DNA of 57,767 nucleotides. It comes from a virus (lineage: Duplodnaviria; Caudoviricetes). A program made the position numbers and the translations under genes. Each line of letters starts with the position of its first letter. Within the stretch, counting starts at the first letter, position 1. The stretch is taken from the IMG/VR virus record IMGVR_UViG_3300020392_000018, positions 1-57,767 of that record, one strand, 5' to 3'. Shown in pieces: positions 47,890 to 56,477 of the stretch. The notes under the pieces are model-generated. The model did not search any database. It was not told the origin of the DNA and saw only the letters and a program-made list of their open reading frames with translations.

Positions 47890-49535
47890 TAACCTGTCCT
47901 CCTTTCACTCCTTCTATCTACATTTTGATTACCTGCGTCTTCCGGTAATCCGCTTAATCTTTTATCCGGTCCAACACTCATAGAGGGTTTATTTCTAGTA
48001 GCCGGTGGATTTTCTTGTGGCTTACTACCGCCACCTTCTGCAAACATTCTTGCTTGTTCATTTAAATCCCTTTGGTCTAAATTAGAACCTGCTAGTGGGT
48101 CTTTTTCCATTTGTCTATCTTCGCCTTTTGGTTGTTGTTCTTCTTCTTTTGGTTCGGGTTTCTTGTAAGTAAAGTTACCATCCTCATCCATATCAACTTC
48201 AAATCCTAAGTTCTTTATTGAAGCCGCAATATTAACTTCAATTTCTTTCTTTCTTAGTCCTGCAATCTCATCTTCTTCTTCACTCGGAGGTAACTTTAAT
48301 TTCCAATCTGTGATTCCAAATTGCTTTACAAGATAAGGAAATACATATTCATTGTAAACATTTTGTGCCATTTGAACGGCTCTATTAGTTACAAGTATTT
48401 GCATGCCTTCGTTATTTAATCCACCACTTGTAGTATTATCAGCCATGAAGACTTTACTTACTCCATAAAACGCTGATATTCTATCTCTTAAATCATCCTT
48501 AACAGAAATATAATCCATTTCTTTTAGGCTGTCCATGAACTTAATCCATTCAACAGCACCTTTACCACCTTCTGCTTCTATACCCATAACAGGAATAAAG
48601 TGTGGGTCTGCCTCCATCTTTTCTTTTACTCCTCTCCAAAAGGCTCTCATCGAATCCATGTTCCTAGTTTGAACCGCTAATAAGCCTCTTGGCATTCTGC
48701 TCTTAGTATAGGCTGAATTGACATAGTTCTCCATAGCAATCAAAGTCATGATATGATTATACAATGTAATTACAGGCGAGAAGCCATAGAGCCTTGATGG
48801 ACTATACTTACTAAAATGTAATACTTCTCCTTCAATGAAATACTGTTCATCACCTTTTGCTCGATTAACATAATGAATAGGCATAAGAGGAGAGCCACAA
48901 GTTTCACAACTTTCGTGTGGTTCTTTTGAAATAATATCTCTATGATGAACACAAGTAAATCCCTTGTTACCTTTTACACCATCTTCATCAGCATAAATAA
49001 ACATAGTAACAGGGTCGCCACGATAGACTTCTTTAACACGGTGCATTCTAATTTTACCGTTACCATCTAAGAAATATTCTTTGACCATAACTATGTATGC
49101 GTCATCCATAATATTCAAGTCGTCTTCTAATTCTTTTAGAACATCAATAAATAATTGCTCAGATGAGTTTACATAACCTTCTAAGAATTTTTCAGCGTAT
49201 TGTAATTGTTTAACATCGGGTATCTTCAAATCAATGGACTTACATCTCGAACACTCTTGAACAGGTCTAGTATGTTCTTTACCACAATCATTACATCGTG
49301 CTTCAAATGCCTTTTCCCAAACATAGCCTCTTCTGTAGACTTCTTGTTTTAATTGAGTTATACAAGTTCTAACAATTACTGATTGTTGAACCATAGAGTA
49401 GATGATGGGGGCTGTCATCATGTAATTATTCTGCCTTTCTTGAATACCCATGTTGTAGATATTCCGGTCAGCAGGTTTCGGAGTAGTGCGTCTGAAAAGA
49501 TTAGTGAAAGAGAACCGCCTTCTTTTTTCTGCCAC
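47889..49535 (-). CDS. Portal protein with two Zn-ribbon insertions
   Basis: IVRTCI, DLNIMDDAY, LYGFSPV, PRGLL, RISAFYGV portal patterns; CNDC..CSRC and CVHH..CETC. Confidence 0.88.
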   Translation of the reverse strand: MAEKRRRFSFTNLFRRTTPKPADRNIYNMGIQERQNNYMMTAPIIYSMVQQSVIVRTCITQLKQEVYRRGYVWEKAFEARCNDCGKEHTRPVQECSRCKSIDLKIPDVKQLQYAEKFLEGYVNSSEQLFIDVLKELEDDLNIMDDAYIVMVKEYFLDGNGKIRMHRVKEVYRGDPVTMFIYADEDGVKGNKGFTCVHHRDIISKEPHESCETCGSPLMPIHYVNRAKGDEQYFIEGEVLHFSKYSPSRLYGFSPVITLYNHIMTLIAMENYVNSAYTKSRMPRGLLAVQTRNMDSMRAFWRGVKEKMEADPHFIPVMGIEAEGGKGAVEWIKFMDSLKEMDYISVKDDLRDRISAFYGVSKVFMADNTTSGGLNNEGMQILVTNRAVQMAQNVYNEYVFPYLVKQFGITDWKLKLPPSEEEDEIAGLRKKEIEVNIAASIKNLGFEVDMDEDGNFTYKKPEPKEEEQQPKGEDRQMEKDPLAGSNLDQRDLNEQARMFAEGGGSKPQENPPATRNKPSMSVGPDKRLSGLPEDAGNQNVDRRSERRTG

Positions 49536-49565
49536 GACAACAACCCCCGTTTACTTTGGACTATT

Positions 49566-49577
49566 CTATATATTATA
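49566..49577 (-). promoter_or_regulatory. Putative TATA-type (late) promoter upstream of portal
   Basis: TATAATATATAG ~30 nt upstream of portal GTG; resembles element before protease gene. Confidence 0.45.
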
Positions 49578-49821
49578 GAATCTTCGCAAACGCTTTTTTC
49601 AAAACTCTACGCCATCCACCCTGTATGCTTTTTTTTCTTTTAGGTTTAGCATCATATTTTTTTGTGCTTTTATTAGCATACAAAGCGGCCATGTATCTTT
49701 TTGCCTTTGACTTTGACATACCCCGTTTATTTTTTCTTTTGTTAGTATCGGTATTCACTACATAATAGCCGTTTTTACCAACTCTTAGTTCAAACGGCAT
49801 AGTTACGACCCCTTTCGCCAC
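49573..49821 (-). CDS. Small basic protein with C-terminal WRRVLKK
   Basis: MPFELR...KAKRYMAALYAN; start probably ATG 49800. Confidence 0.6.
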   Translation of the reverse strand: MAKGVVTMPFELRVGKNGYYVVNTDTNKRKNKRGMSKSKAKRYMAALYANKSTKKYDAKPKRKKSIQGGWRRVLKKAFAKIL

Positions 49822-50141
49822 TTCTTGTTTTTCTTTTCTTTAGTTTTCTTTGGACTCCATTTAACTTTATCAGCCCAATAAGCGGCAGACATTTTACCTC
49901 TTTTGATATTTTTTCTATGCCTACTTTTGAAAGCCCTTCGTTGCCCTGCTGTTTGATTTGTTTTAACTCCTTTTTGACCAAACCTAATAGTCTTAACTTT
50001 ATCACCATCTTTGACAACTACAATATGTGATTTGGTTTTGTGTTTTATTCTCTTTGGTTTACTAAAACCACTAACACCTGCTCTTACTAAAGCAGGGTGT
50101 CTTTTTCTTTTTTTTGTTTTAAGAATATCTTGCCAAGTCAT
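49803..50141 (-). CDS. Basic protein with WQDILK leader
   Basis: KTIRFGQKG...RRAFKSRH...SAAYWADKVKW. Confidence 0.7.
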   Translation of the reverse strand: MTWQDILKTKKRKRHPALVRAGVSGFSKPKRIKHKTKSHIVVVKDGDKVKTIRFGQKGVKTNQTAGQRRAFKSRHRKNIKRGKMSAAYWADKVKWSPKKTKEKKNKKWRKGS

Positions 50142-50407
50142 TTCTTATCCCTTTTCTTTTCCATTTCGGGATGAAATTTCATTGTGACTTTTTTCGCATC
50201 TTTCTTAATTGACTTACCATCAACTAAAACTTCAACGGGATAGGGTTTATGTTCACCCGCCCAATATGCCATTTCATATCCACCATTTTTTAATAACTTA
50301 ACAAGAAGCCCTCTATCATAATCTTTATCTTCTGCTTTGAGAACTTTTTGCTTCCCTCTAGGCAAAACTAAATCTATGTCTTTTTTTATGATTTTTTTCC
50401 AAGACAT
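50138..50407 (-). CDS. Hypothetical protein with WKKIIK leader
   Basis: MSWKKIIKK. Confidence 0.65.
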   Translation of the reverse strand: MSWKKIIKKDIDLVLPRGKQKVLKAEDKDYDRGLLVKLLKNGGYEMAYWAGEHKPYPVEVLVDGKSIKKDAKKVTMKFHPEMEKKRDKK

Positions 50408-50422
50408 AGTTAATCAACTCGC

Positions 50423-50827
50423 TTATCTCTTAGGCTTGTGAGTGTAGAAATCACCATTAGTATGTTCGTGAATAGTTCCTCTCTTTTTCATATCTGCAAG
50501 AACCATCCTTAGTTTTTTAGGAGAGCCTATTCCTTTTAGATTTTTCATACCTAAAGCCCCTCCTTCTTTCTTTACTTCTGCTAGAATCTTTCTTTCCATG
50601 TCTTTACATTCATCATGACTAATAGTAGTGCTACCCTCTTTTAATTCTCTTTTGTTTATTTTCTCTCTTCTAAGCATAGCAAAATCTTTACCTGTTATTT
50701 TACCGTCTTTGTCTTTGTCAATTCTTTTTTGATTTCCATACAATGCTTTTTCTTCTTCATTGTCATCTTCATCTGCTTTTTCTCTATTGCCACCGCAATG
50801 CATTTTTAATATATCTTTCCAACTCAT
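50423..50827 (-). CDS. EF-hand-containing protein with WKDILK leader
   Basis: IDKDKDGKITGKDF EF-hand loop; C-terminal winged-helix-like segment. Confidence 0.65.
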   Translation of the reverse strand: MSWKDILKMHCGGNREKADEDDNEEEKALYGNQKRIDKDKDGKITGKDFAMLRREKINKRELKEGSTTISHDECKDMERKILAEVKKEGGALGMKNLKGIGSPKKLRMVLADMKKRGTIHEHTNGDFYTHKPKR

Positions 50828-51267
50828 CTTGTAAACGCTCCTCTACTTCTGCTTTTTGTTTTTTGCTTACTCGCTTCCTTTCTTTGCTTGGCGTAAGTAT
50901 GTGCCGTTTTTAGCCTTTTCTTTGTTTTAGGGTCTTTAGCATTTTTAACGGCGGCTCGTAATCTTTGTTCCACTAAGTTAATTATTTGTGATTGTCTTTT
51001 GTGTGATTTAGATTTAAATGCACTACTGCTAAATGTTTCTTGAACATCTTTTCTTGTTTTAAATTTTACAGGAACAGTATCTTTTGGGTTTTCATCTGTG
51101 TATAATCTTCTTGCTGAACCTTTTGGTTTTTTACCCGTTCCTTTTTTCGGGTCAGCCTTTTTCATTTCTTTACTTCGACAATGTGCTTTACAAGTAAATC
51201 CTTTAGTTTTATTTGGCCCACTACAAACGCAGTAAGACATATCTTTTTTTAGGATTTGTTGCCACAT
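50824..51267 (-). CDS. Basic protein with WQQILK leader
   Basis: MWQQILKK; GTGKKPKGSARRLYTDENPKDTV. Confidence 0.65.
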   Translation of the reverse strand: MWQQILKKDMSYCVCSGPNKTKGFTCKAHCRSKEMKKADPKKGTGKKPKGSARRLYTDENPKDTVPVKFKTRKDVQETFSSSAFKSKSHKRQSQIINLVEQRLRAAVKNAKDPKTKKRLKTAHTYAKQRKEASKQKTKSRSRGAFTR

Positions 51268-51272
51268 AATAA

Positions 51273-51557
51273 TCACTTTTGACTAAACTTTTTTCCTGTT
51301 GGCACATGCTGAATGCCCTTCTTACGACCCTTTCTTTTCTTAGCATCTTGATACCTTAGAGTCTTTTTATCTGTTCTTTGATAAGTTGCTCTTGGCATAT
51401 ATCTTCCTTTAGTTTTTGATTTAGGTTTTTTTCCTTTTGCTTTCGCTCTATGTTGTTCGGCACTTCCCCAATCTTCTTGTGTCCATTGGGTCAAATCCTG
51501 TTGCCTTTTTGACTTGGCTTTTAGGATATTCCACCACTTAATTACGATAGCCGCCAC
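51273..51557 (-). CDS. Basic protein with WWNILK leader (DUF5872-like C-half)
   Basis: QQDLTQWTQEDW...RYMP; start uncertain. Confidence 0.6.
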   Translation of the reverse strand: MAAIVIKWWNILKAKSKRQQDLTQWTQEDWGSAEQHRAKAKGKKPKSKTKGRYMPRATYQRTDKKTLRYQDAKKRKGRKKGIQHVPTGKKFSQK

Positions 51558-51744
51558 CTGCCTTTTTGTAGGCTTGTGCTAACATCTGTGCTTTTCTAGC
51601 CGACCATTGACCTGCCGCACCACCTTTAGTTCCTCTCTTTATTCTATTGAAGATTCTTTTACGCATAGCAGGTTTAGTATAATTACCCGCTTGGTTTACA
51701 GTGGATTTTTTCTTTTTCTTTTTTAATATATCTTGCCAACTCAT
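51538..51744 (-). CDS. Basic protein with WQDILK leader (DUF5872-like N-half)
   Basis: YTKP..RKR....GTKGG..GQWSARKAQMLA..YKKAGGGY. Confidence 0.65.
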   Translation of the reverse strand: MSWQDILKKKKKKSTVNQAGNYTKPAMRKRIFNRIKRGTKGGAAGQWSARKAQMLAQAYKKAGGGYRN

Positions 51745-51887
51745 TTCTTCATCACCTTTGGCTTATCTGCCTGTTTCCAACATCTTCTACAAAAACCAAA
51801 TGGGTGAACATCTCTTGTCACATAACATCTACCGCAATACTTGAATTGTAGTTTTTGTTTACTGATTACCCAATCTTCTGTGTTCAT
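51741..51887 (-). CDS. Small Zn-finger protein (48 aa, not in track)
   Basis: MNTEDW...YCGRC...FCRRCW..; ATGA overlaps at both ends. Confidence 0.65.
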   Translation of the reverse strand: MNTEDWVISKQKLQFKYCGRCYVTRDVHPFGFCRRCWKQADKPKVMKK

Positions 51888-53239
51888 GCCAGTATGCCCC
51901 CTATGTTTTCCATACTATCCATTAAAGACATTTTACAGTTGTCTTTGTATTTCTGTATATTGTCGAGATATATTCCTTCTTTTAACCAATCAAAACCAAC
52001 ATGGTCTTTATGATTCTCCCACTTCATTAATTTAAAAATTTCATCACAACGACCCTTATACCAATCTTCTTTTTTGTAAGATTTTTTCATTCGTATAAGT
52101 TCCATGAGTAATTTAGCATTACCTTTCTTTAGTTTGAAATGAGGTAAACATTTTTCTAACAAACTATAGACATCATTTTGAGAATAGAAATTTAGTCTTT
52201 GAACAGGTCTAGTTTGTTGAGGAGACTTTTGGTTTAGGTGTAATTTACCAAAACCTATACTCTTGTGCATTTCCTCCATAAATGCCCTACCTCTCTCTCC
52301 TGTAGCAATAAGACCAACTCTAGGATTGTGGTTTCTATCCATTGTAATGTAGCCATCCGAATCAATAAATGCCGCAGTATAAGCCCAAATATTTTTCTTA
52401 AGCATTGTTGGTAATTTGTAGTATGCTCCATCAACATTAGCAACATCTAACTTCTTTACCATTTTAGAAATCATATTTGTTGTTGTGCTTTTATGTAAAG
52501 TATTTGGCATTCTGTCATGTATTTGTTTAGCACCAATAGAAGGACTCTTAATGATTTCACTTTCAATGAAAGACATAATTCTTTCTTTCTTGCTTTTAGT
52601 AATAGATTGGTCTGTAATGCTTTTTATTTGTTGCTTATAATCTCTTTTAGCAAGACGGCATTCTTTTTCTAATTGAGCATATTCTTTAGAGTAAACCATG
52701 TCTGTTTTCTTTAAGTCACACTCCCAATACTTACATATTGCATCAATAATATTTCTTCTACCATTTACAGAATCAATCTTGTTTATTTTCATAAGGTCTT
52801 TCTCACTGAAGCCCATCTTAAGTATTGCAGGCTTGTATGGTTTAATCCAATAGATAGAATCTATACATTTGTTGATGTGGTCGGAATAACCATCAATGAC
52901 AGTATCAATAGCCTTAGCCATTCTTTCTCTTTGTTCGCCTTTTAATTGTCTTCGAGCCTTTCGCATTTTCTTTACAAGGTCGGGTATATTTTCACCATCA
53001 ATAGAATATTCACTAGGGAAAGAACTTAATTGTTTTCTAGCATCACTAGCATTAATATTTAGATTTTTAGAAAGTAAATTTACTGCTTCATAATCGGACA
53101 TAATATAATCATTTACAGAAGTCAATTTAGTTCCTAATGTTTCCTCTATTTCATCTTTAGTTTCATCTTCTTCTCTTTGAAGTTCAGCAAGCCTAGCCAT
53201 GTTTCGTGAACCTTCTTCATACTCTTCTGCTGTTGGCAT
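51884..53239 (-). CDS. Protein with C-terminal single LAGLIDADG domain
   Basis: AYTAAFIDSDGYI...LPHFKLKK; ~280-aa helical/HTH-like N-terminal part. Confidence 0.8.
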   Translation of the reverse strand: MPTAEEYEEGSRNMARLAELQREEDETKDEIEETLGTKLTSVNDYIMSDYEAVNLLSKNLNINASDARKQLSSFPSEYSIDGENIPDLVKKMRKARRQLKGEQRERMAKAIDTVIDGYSDHINKCIDSIYWIKPYKPAILKMGFSEKDLMKINKIDSVNGRRNIIDAICKYWECDLKKTDMVYSKEYAQLEKECRLAKRDYKQQIKSITDQSITKSKKERIMSFIESEIIKSPSIGAKQIHDRMPNTLHKSTTTNMISKMVKKLDVANVDGAYYKLPTMLKKNIWAYTAAFIDSDGYITMDRNHNPRVGLIATGERGRAFMEEMHKSIGFGKLHLNQKSPQQTRPVQRLNFYSQNDVYSLLEKCLPHFKLKKGNAKLLMELIRMKKSYKKEDWYKGRCDEIFKLMKWENHKDHVGFDWLKEGIYLDNIQKYKDNCKMSLMDSMENIGGILA

Positions 53240-53248
53240 TCACATCAC

Positions 53249-54691
53249 CTAAAAGTTAATTCCTATGACTCCTTGAGAGCGTTTATACTTATTGACCTTT
53301 GGCGGGTCAAATAATCCCATGTCATCTAAGAGTATGAATGTTTCACTCATTGTATGAGTAGCGGCATTTGCCAATGCTAAACTCATAACCATGTCATCAT
53401 GCGCTCCTATTCCCTCAAATTTTCCTTTGTCGGTTATAGCAAACATAGATAATTCTTCTATCAAAGTAGAGGTAACTCTACGACTTTCTTCATTAGCGTA
53501 AGGTAATATTATCTTACCGTTTTCAAAGTTCATTTGTAAACTTAGAATAATCTCTTCTTTCTTTTTTCTAGTGGTGTTAAAGTCATGAACATTTAAGTCT
53601 GTAACATTTCTAATTTCTTGTGTAAATGATTTAGCAAATGTATTTGTTTCAAACAATATTGCTTCGGGCTGAAATACTTTACCAATCAATTTTACTTTCT
53701 GTATGTTTTCTCTAAACTCTACATTCTTAGAACGGTCAATGAACACAATGGTTTTATTATCATTTTCATCTACTTCTAATACAGTAATTACATTGTAATC
53801 ACCATCGGTAGAAATAGCAGGGTCAATACCGACATAATATTTGTAGCCTTCTCTACGCATTGGTTTCAAAACATGGTCTTTGCTCTTTGCCGCTTCCAAA
53901 TATTCGGGATTAAATAGAGAAGTTCCTGTAGATATTGGAACGCACATATATTCTCTTGTAAACATTAGAGAGCCGACTTCAGCCTTTCTTGCCATAAGAG
54001 CATCATAATCCCATCTGTTCGGCCATAGCGGTTCATTAAGAGCATTAAGACAGGGATATGTTCTAAGTGTATATGCAGGATTTTCAGCGAGTTGTTGGTA
54101 AATATCTGTATAACTAAATGGAGTTCCAATAACTCTTAGAGAAGCAGTATGGTGAAGTGTTGGTATCATGTCACCATAAAACCAATCTGTAACCTTTTGA
54201 ATTCCTGTCATGCTAAACTCTTTCAAAGGGTCGTCAATGATAATCTCTTGAGGGTGAAGTCCACGAATCTGTGAACCGACAGAACGCTCTAAGATTTGAT
54301 TACCATTAGTCAATGTAATATTTCCTATCGCCCATCCCTTAGCAGGTTTGAATTTTTTAAGCATAGGATGATTGAATAGTTTATCTATATCTCTCATGTG
54401 AACCAAAGTCTGCTTTTGGTTAGAAGAAATGTATAGCATTTGATATGGTGGTTCTCTAAAAACTAAATTCCATACAACCCAACTGTGCATAAATACTGAT
54501 TTACCGTGACCTCTTGAACAAATGATAACAGTTCTTTGTGTATCATTCATTAATTCATGCCATTCCTGTTGATGGGTAGCAAACTCCCAACCTAATACAT
54601 TTTGAAAGAAGTATGGAAATGAATTTTTAGATAACTCCATATCCATTTGATGTTCAAAATTAAAATTATCTAAATCCATGTTATCACCCAA
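53249..54691 (-). CDS. terL: Terminase large subunit
   Basis: HQQEW Q-motif, Walker A SRGHGKS, Walker B IIIDD, IGTP, VGIDPA, HDDMVMS. Confidence 0.95.
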   Translation of the reverse strand: MGDNMDLDNFNFEHQMDMELSKNSFPYFFQNVLGWEFATHQQEWHELMNDTQRTVIICSRGHGKSVFMHSWVVWNLVFREPPYQMLYISSNQKQTLVHMRDIDKLFNHPMLKKFKPAKGWAIGNITLTNGNQILERSVGSQIRGLHPQEIIIDDPLKEFSMTGIQKVTDWFYGDMIPTLHHTASLRVIGTPFSYTDIYQQLAENPAYTLRTYPCLNALNEPLWPNRWDYDALMARKAEVGSLMFTREYMCVPISTGTSLFNPEYLEAAKSKDHVLKPMRREGYKYYVGIDPAISTDGDYNVITVLEVDENDNKTIVFIDRSKNVEFRENIQKVKLIGKVFQPEAILFETNTFAKSFTQEIRNVTDLNVHDFNTTRKKKEEIILSLQMNFENGKIILPYANEESRRVTSTLIEELSMFAITDKGKFEGIGAHDDMVMSLALANAATHTMSETFILLDDMGLFDPPKVNKYKRSQGVIGINF

Positions 54692-55496
54692 ATACTCTTC
54701 TCAAAAAAGTTTTATTTTCTTCTGACAAATTCTGCATACCATATCTTCTATAAGCATCGTTTACATTTCTTATTATTGGTTCTCTAAATTCTCTACCCCT
54801 CATGCCTTCATTCCTTGCTCTAAGACCTAACTCAAGTGCAACTATTTTGTTTTTATCTTTTAGAGGTAGTGGCTTTATAGTTCTTTTAGATTTAACTTTT
54901 AATGAATCTACCCATTGAATTAATTGTGCCATAGCCTTAGTATTTTTCTTAAATGGAACAACACCTACGCCCGTTGAACCGAAATAACTATCAATAAATT
55001 TAGCCTTTGTCTTGTCGCTTGTTGCAGGGTGTTTTAGATAGTTCTTTATTTTTAGATATGGATTCTTTGGAAACTCCGAAGTGTATGCGGCATATTCCTG
55101 TCTTTCGGGATTCTCAAAATATTCTCTAAATAAATTAGGTGTGTCTAAATCTCTAGCATAGAAATATCCTTCATGCCCTGCTTCGTGGGATATAAGTCTC
55201 TTAATTATTTCTTCCATTGCTTTTTCTTTTTCCTCATCAGTTATTTTTATTTTTTCTCCGCCTTTTTTGTAGTCGAGTTCTTTCTTACGAGCCATCATGT
55301 CTACTGCTTTTTTTATTCTAGTAAGATAGATTCTAATAATTCCTTCATGAGTAAAATCATTGTAATCATTGTTTATAGTTGGATGGACATATTCTGCTAA
55401 AGCACCACTAGGAACTCTCAACTTTTTTTCATTAAGTTGCTTATCAGTGAGGTATTTGACCTCACCCTTTCTAATAACGCCCCACCACTTTAGCAT
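54684..55496 (-). CDS. Zincin-like metallopeptidase with WWGVIRK leader
   Basis: LISHEAGHE (HExxH) and downstream QEYAAY. Confidence 0.6.
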   Translation of the reverse strand: MLKWWGVIRKGEVKYLTDKQLNEKKLRVPSGALAEYVHPTINNDYNDFTHEGIIRIYLTRIKKAVDMMARKKELDYKKGGEKIKITDEEKEKAMEEIIKRLISHEAGHEGYFYARDLDTPNLFREYFENPERQEYAAYTSEFPKNPYLKIKNYLKHPATSDKTKAKFIDSYFGSTGVGVVPFKKNTKAMAQLIQWVDSLKVKSKRTIKPLPLKDKNKIVALELGLRARNEGMRGREFREPIIRNVNDAYRRYGMQNLSEENKTFLRRVFG

Positions 55497-56473
55497 TATC
55501 TTCGCCTACTTCTTGTTTGATTCAAAGCAAAAACATTTTCCGGCTTATCTCCTTGTCTTTTTCTTCTGCTACCCATTTTTTCTCTATGCTTTGGTTTTGT
55601 TTGCCCAGTATAATTAAACGGTATTGGGTCATATTGACTAAAATAATCATGCCCGTCATCTATATGATGGAAAACGAAAGCACCTTCTATTGTTTCACCA
55701 TCCCTCAATGATAGATTCTCTAATTTCATTCCAGTTTGTTTTATGTTATCGCTTGGATTAGTTATGTAATCAAATAGAACCTGTGAAAAATCCTTAGCAT
55801 CATCTTTAATATACATTCTATATGTTTTACCTGCAACTATTTCTCCCGATTCAACTTTTCTTATTAACTTTCTAATAGAACTAGCAGTAAAGGCTTCGTA
55901 TCTTATTGCTCTCCTTTTATCATAATCATCCAAATATTTTCCTGTAAATATACCAAGGTAGCCATCCACTAATAGTATTTTCAATTTACCTAGAGTATCA
56001 AATCCCGTCGGAACAAATTTTAGAATATCAAACCATTTCTTTATGCCGAAGTCTTCTCCATATCTATTTCTAAACTGTTCTATTAATTTAGGGTCTATTC
56101 CCATTTCATCTTCGGGAGGTATATCAAAATTATACACTTGTCTATTCTTTTCTTTCCATGCTTCATTAGGAATAGTTTTTGCCTTAAATCCCGCTATCTT
56201 GGGTTTATCTCCTATTAGTTCTAATCTTTTTTCGGACATCGGCCTCCAACTTTTTGAGCCTTTTTTAGATTTCATTCCTCCCATTATAGCATAAGTTCCC
56301 TTATCACTATATCCTGCAATGCCAACCACTTTACCATCTACTCTTCTTATAACATACTTATCCAAGTCATACCAAACAGGAACATTCCTATTTATTTTAT
56401 CATCGGGATTATCATTATTCCAAGCACCTTCCGCTTCTATTTTAGAATGTGGGCCGGTTACTTCATCGGTCAT
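55496..56473 (-). CDS. Two-part protein: GNAT-like N-terminus plus domain starting WFDILK
   Basis: YVIRRVDGKVVGIAG GNAT-like strand; internal KKWFDILKF. Confidence 0.55.
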   Translation of the reverse strand: MTDEVTGPHSKIEAEGAWNNDNPDDKINRNVPVWYDLDKYVIRRVDGKVVGIAGYSDKGTYAIMGGMKSKKGSKSWRPMSEKRLELIGDKPKIAGFKAKTIPNEAWKEKNRQVYNFDIPPEDEMGIDPKLIEQFRNRYGEDFGIKKWFDILKFVPTGFDTLGKLKILLVDGYLGIFTGKYLDDYDKRRAIRYEAFTASSIRKLIRKVESGEIVAGKTYRMYIKDDAKDFSQVLFDYITNPSDNIKQTGMKLENLSLRDGETIEGAFVFHHIDDGHDYFSQYDPIPFNYTGQTKPKHREKMGSRRKRQGDKPENVFALNQTRSRRR

Positions 56474-56477
56474 ATTA

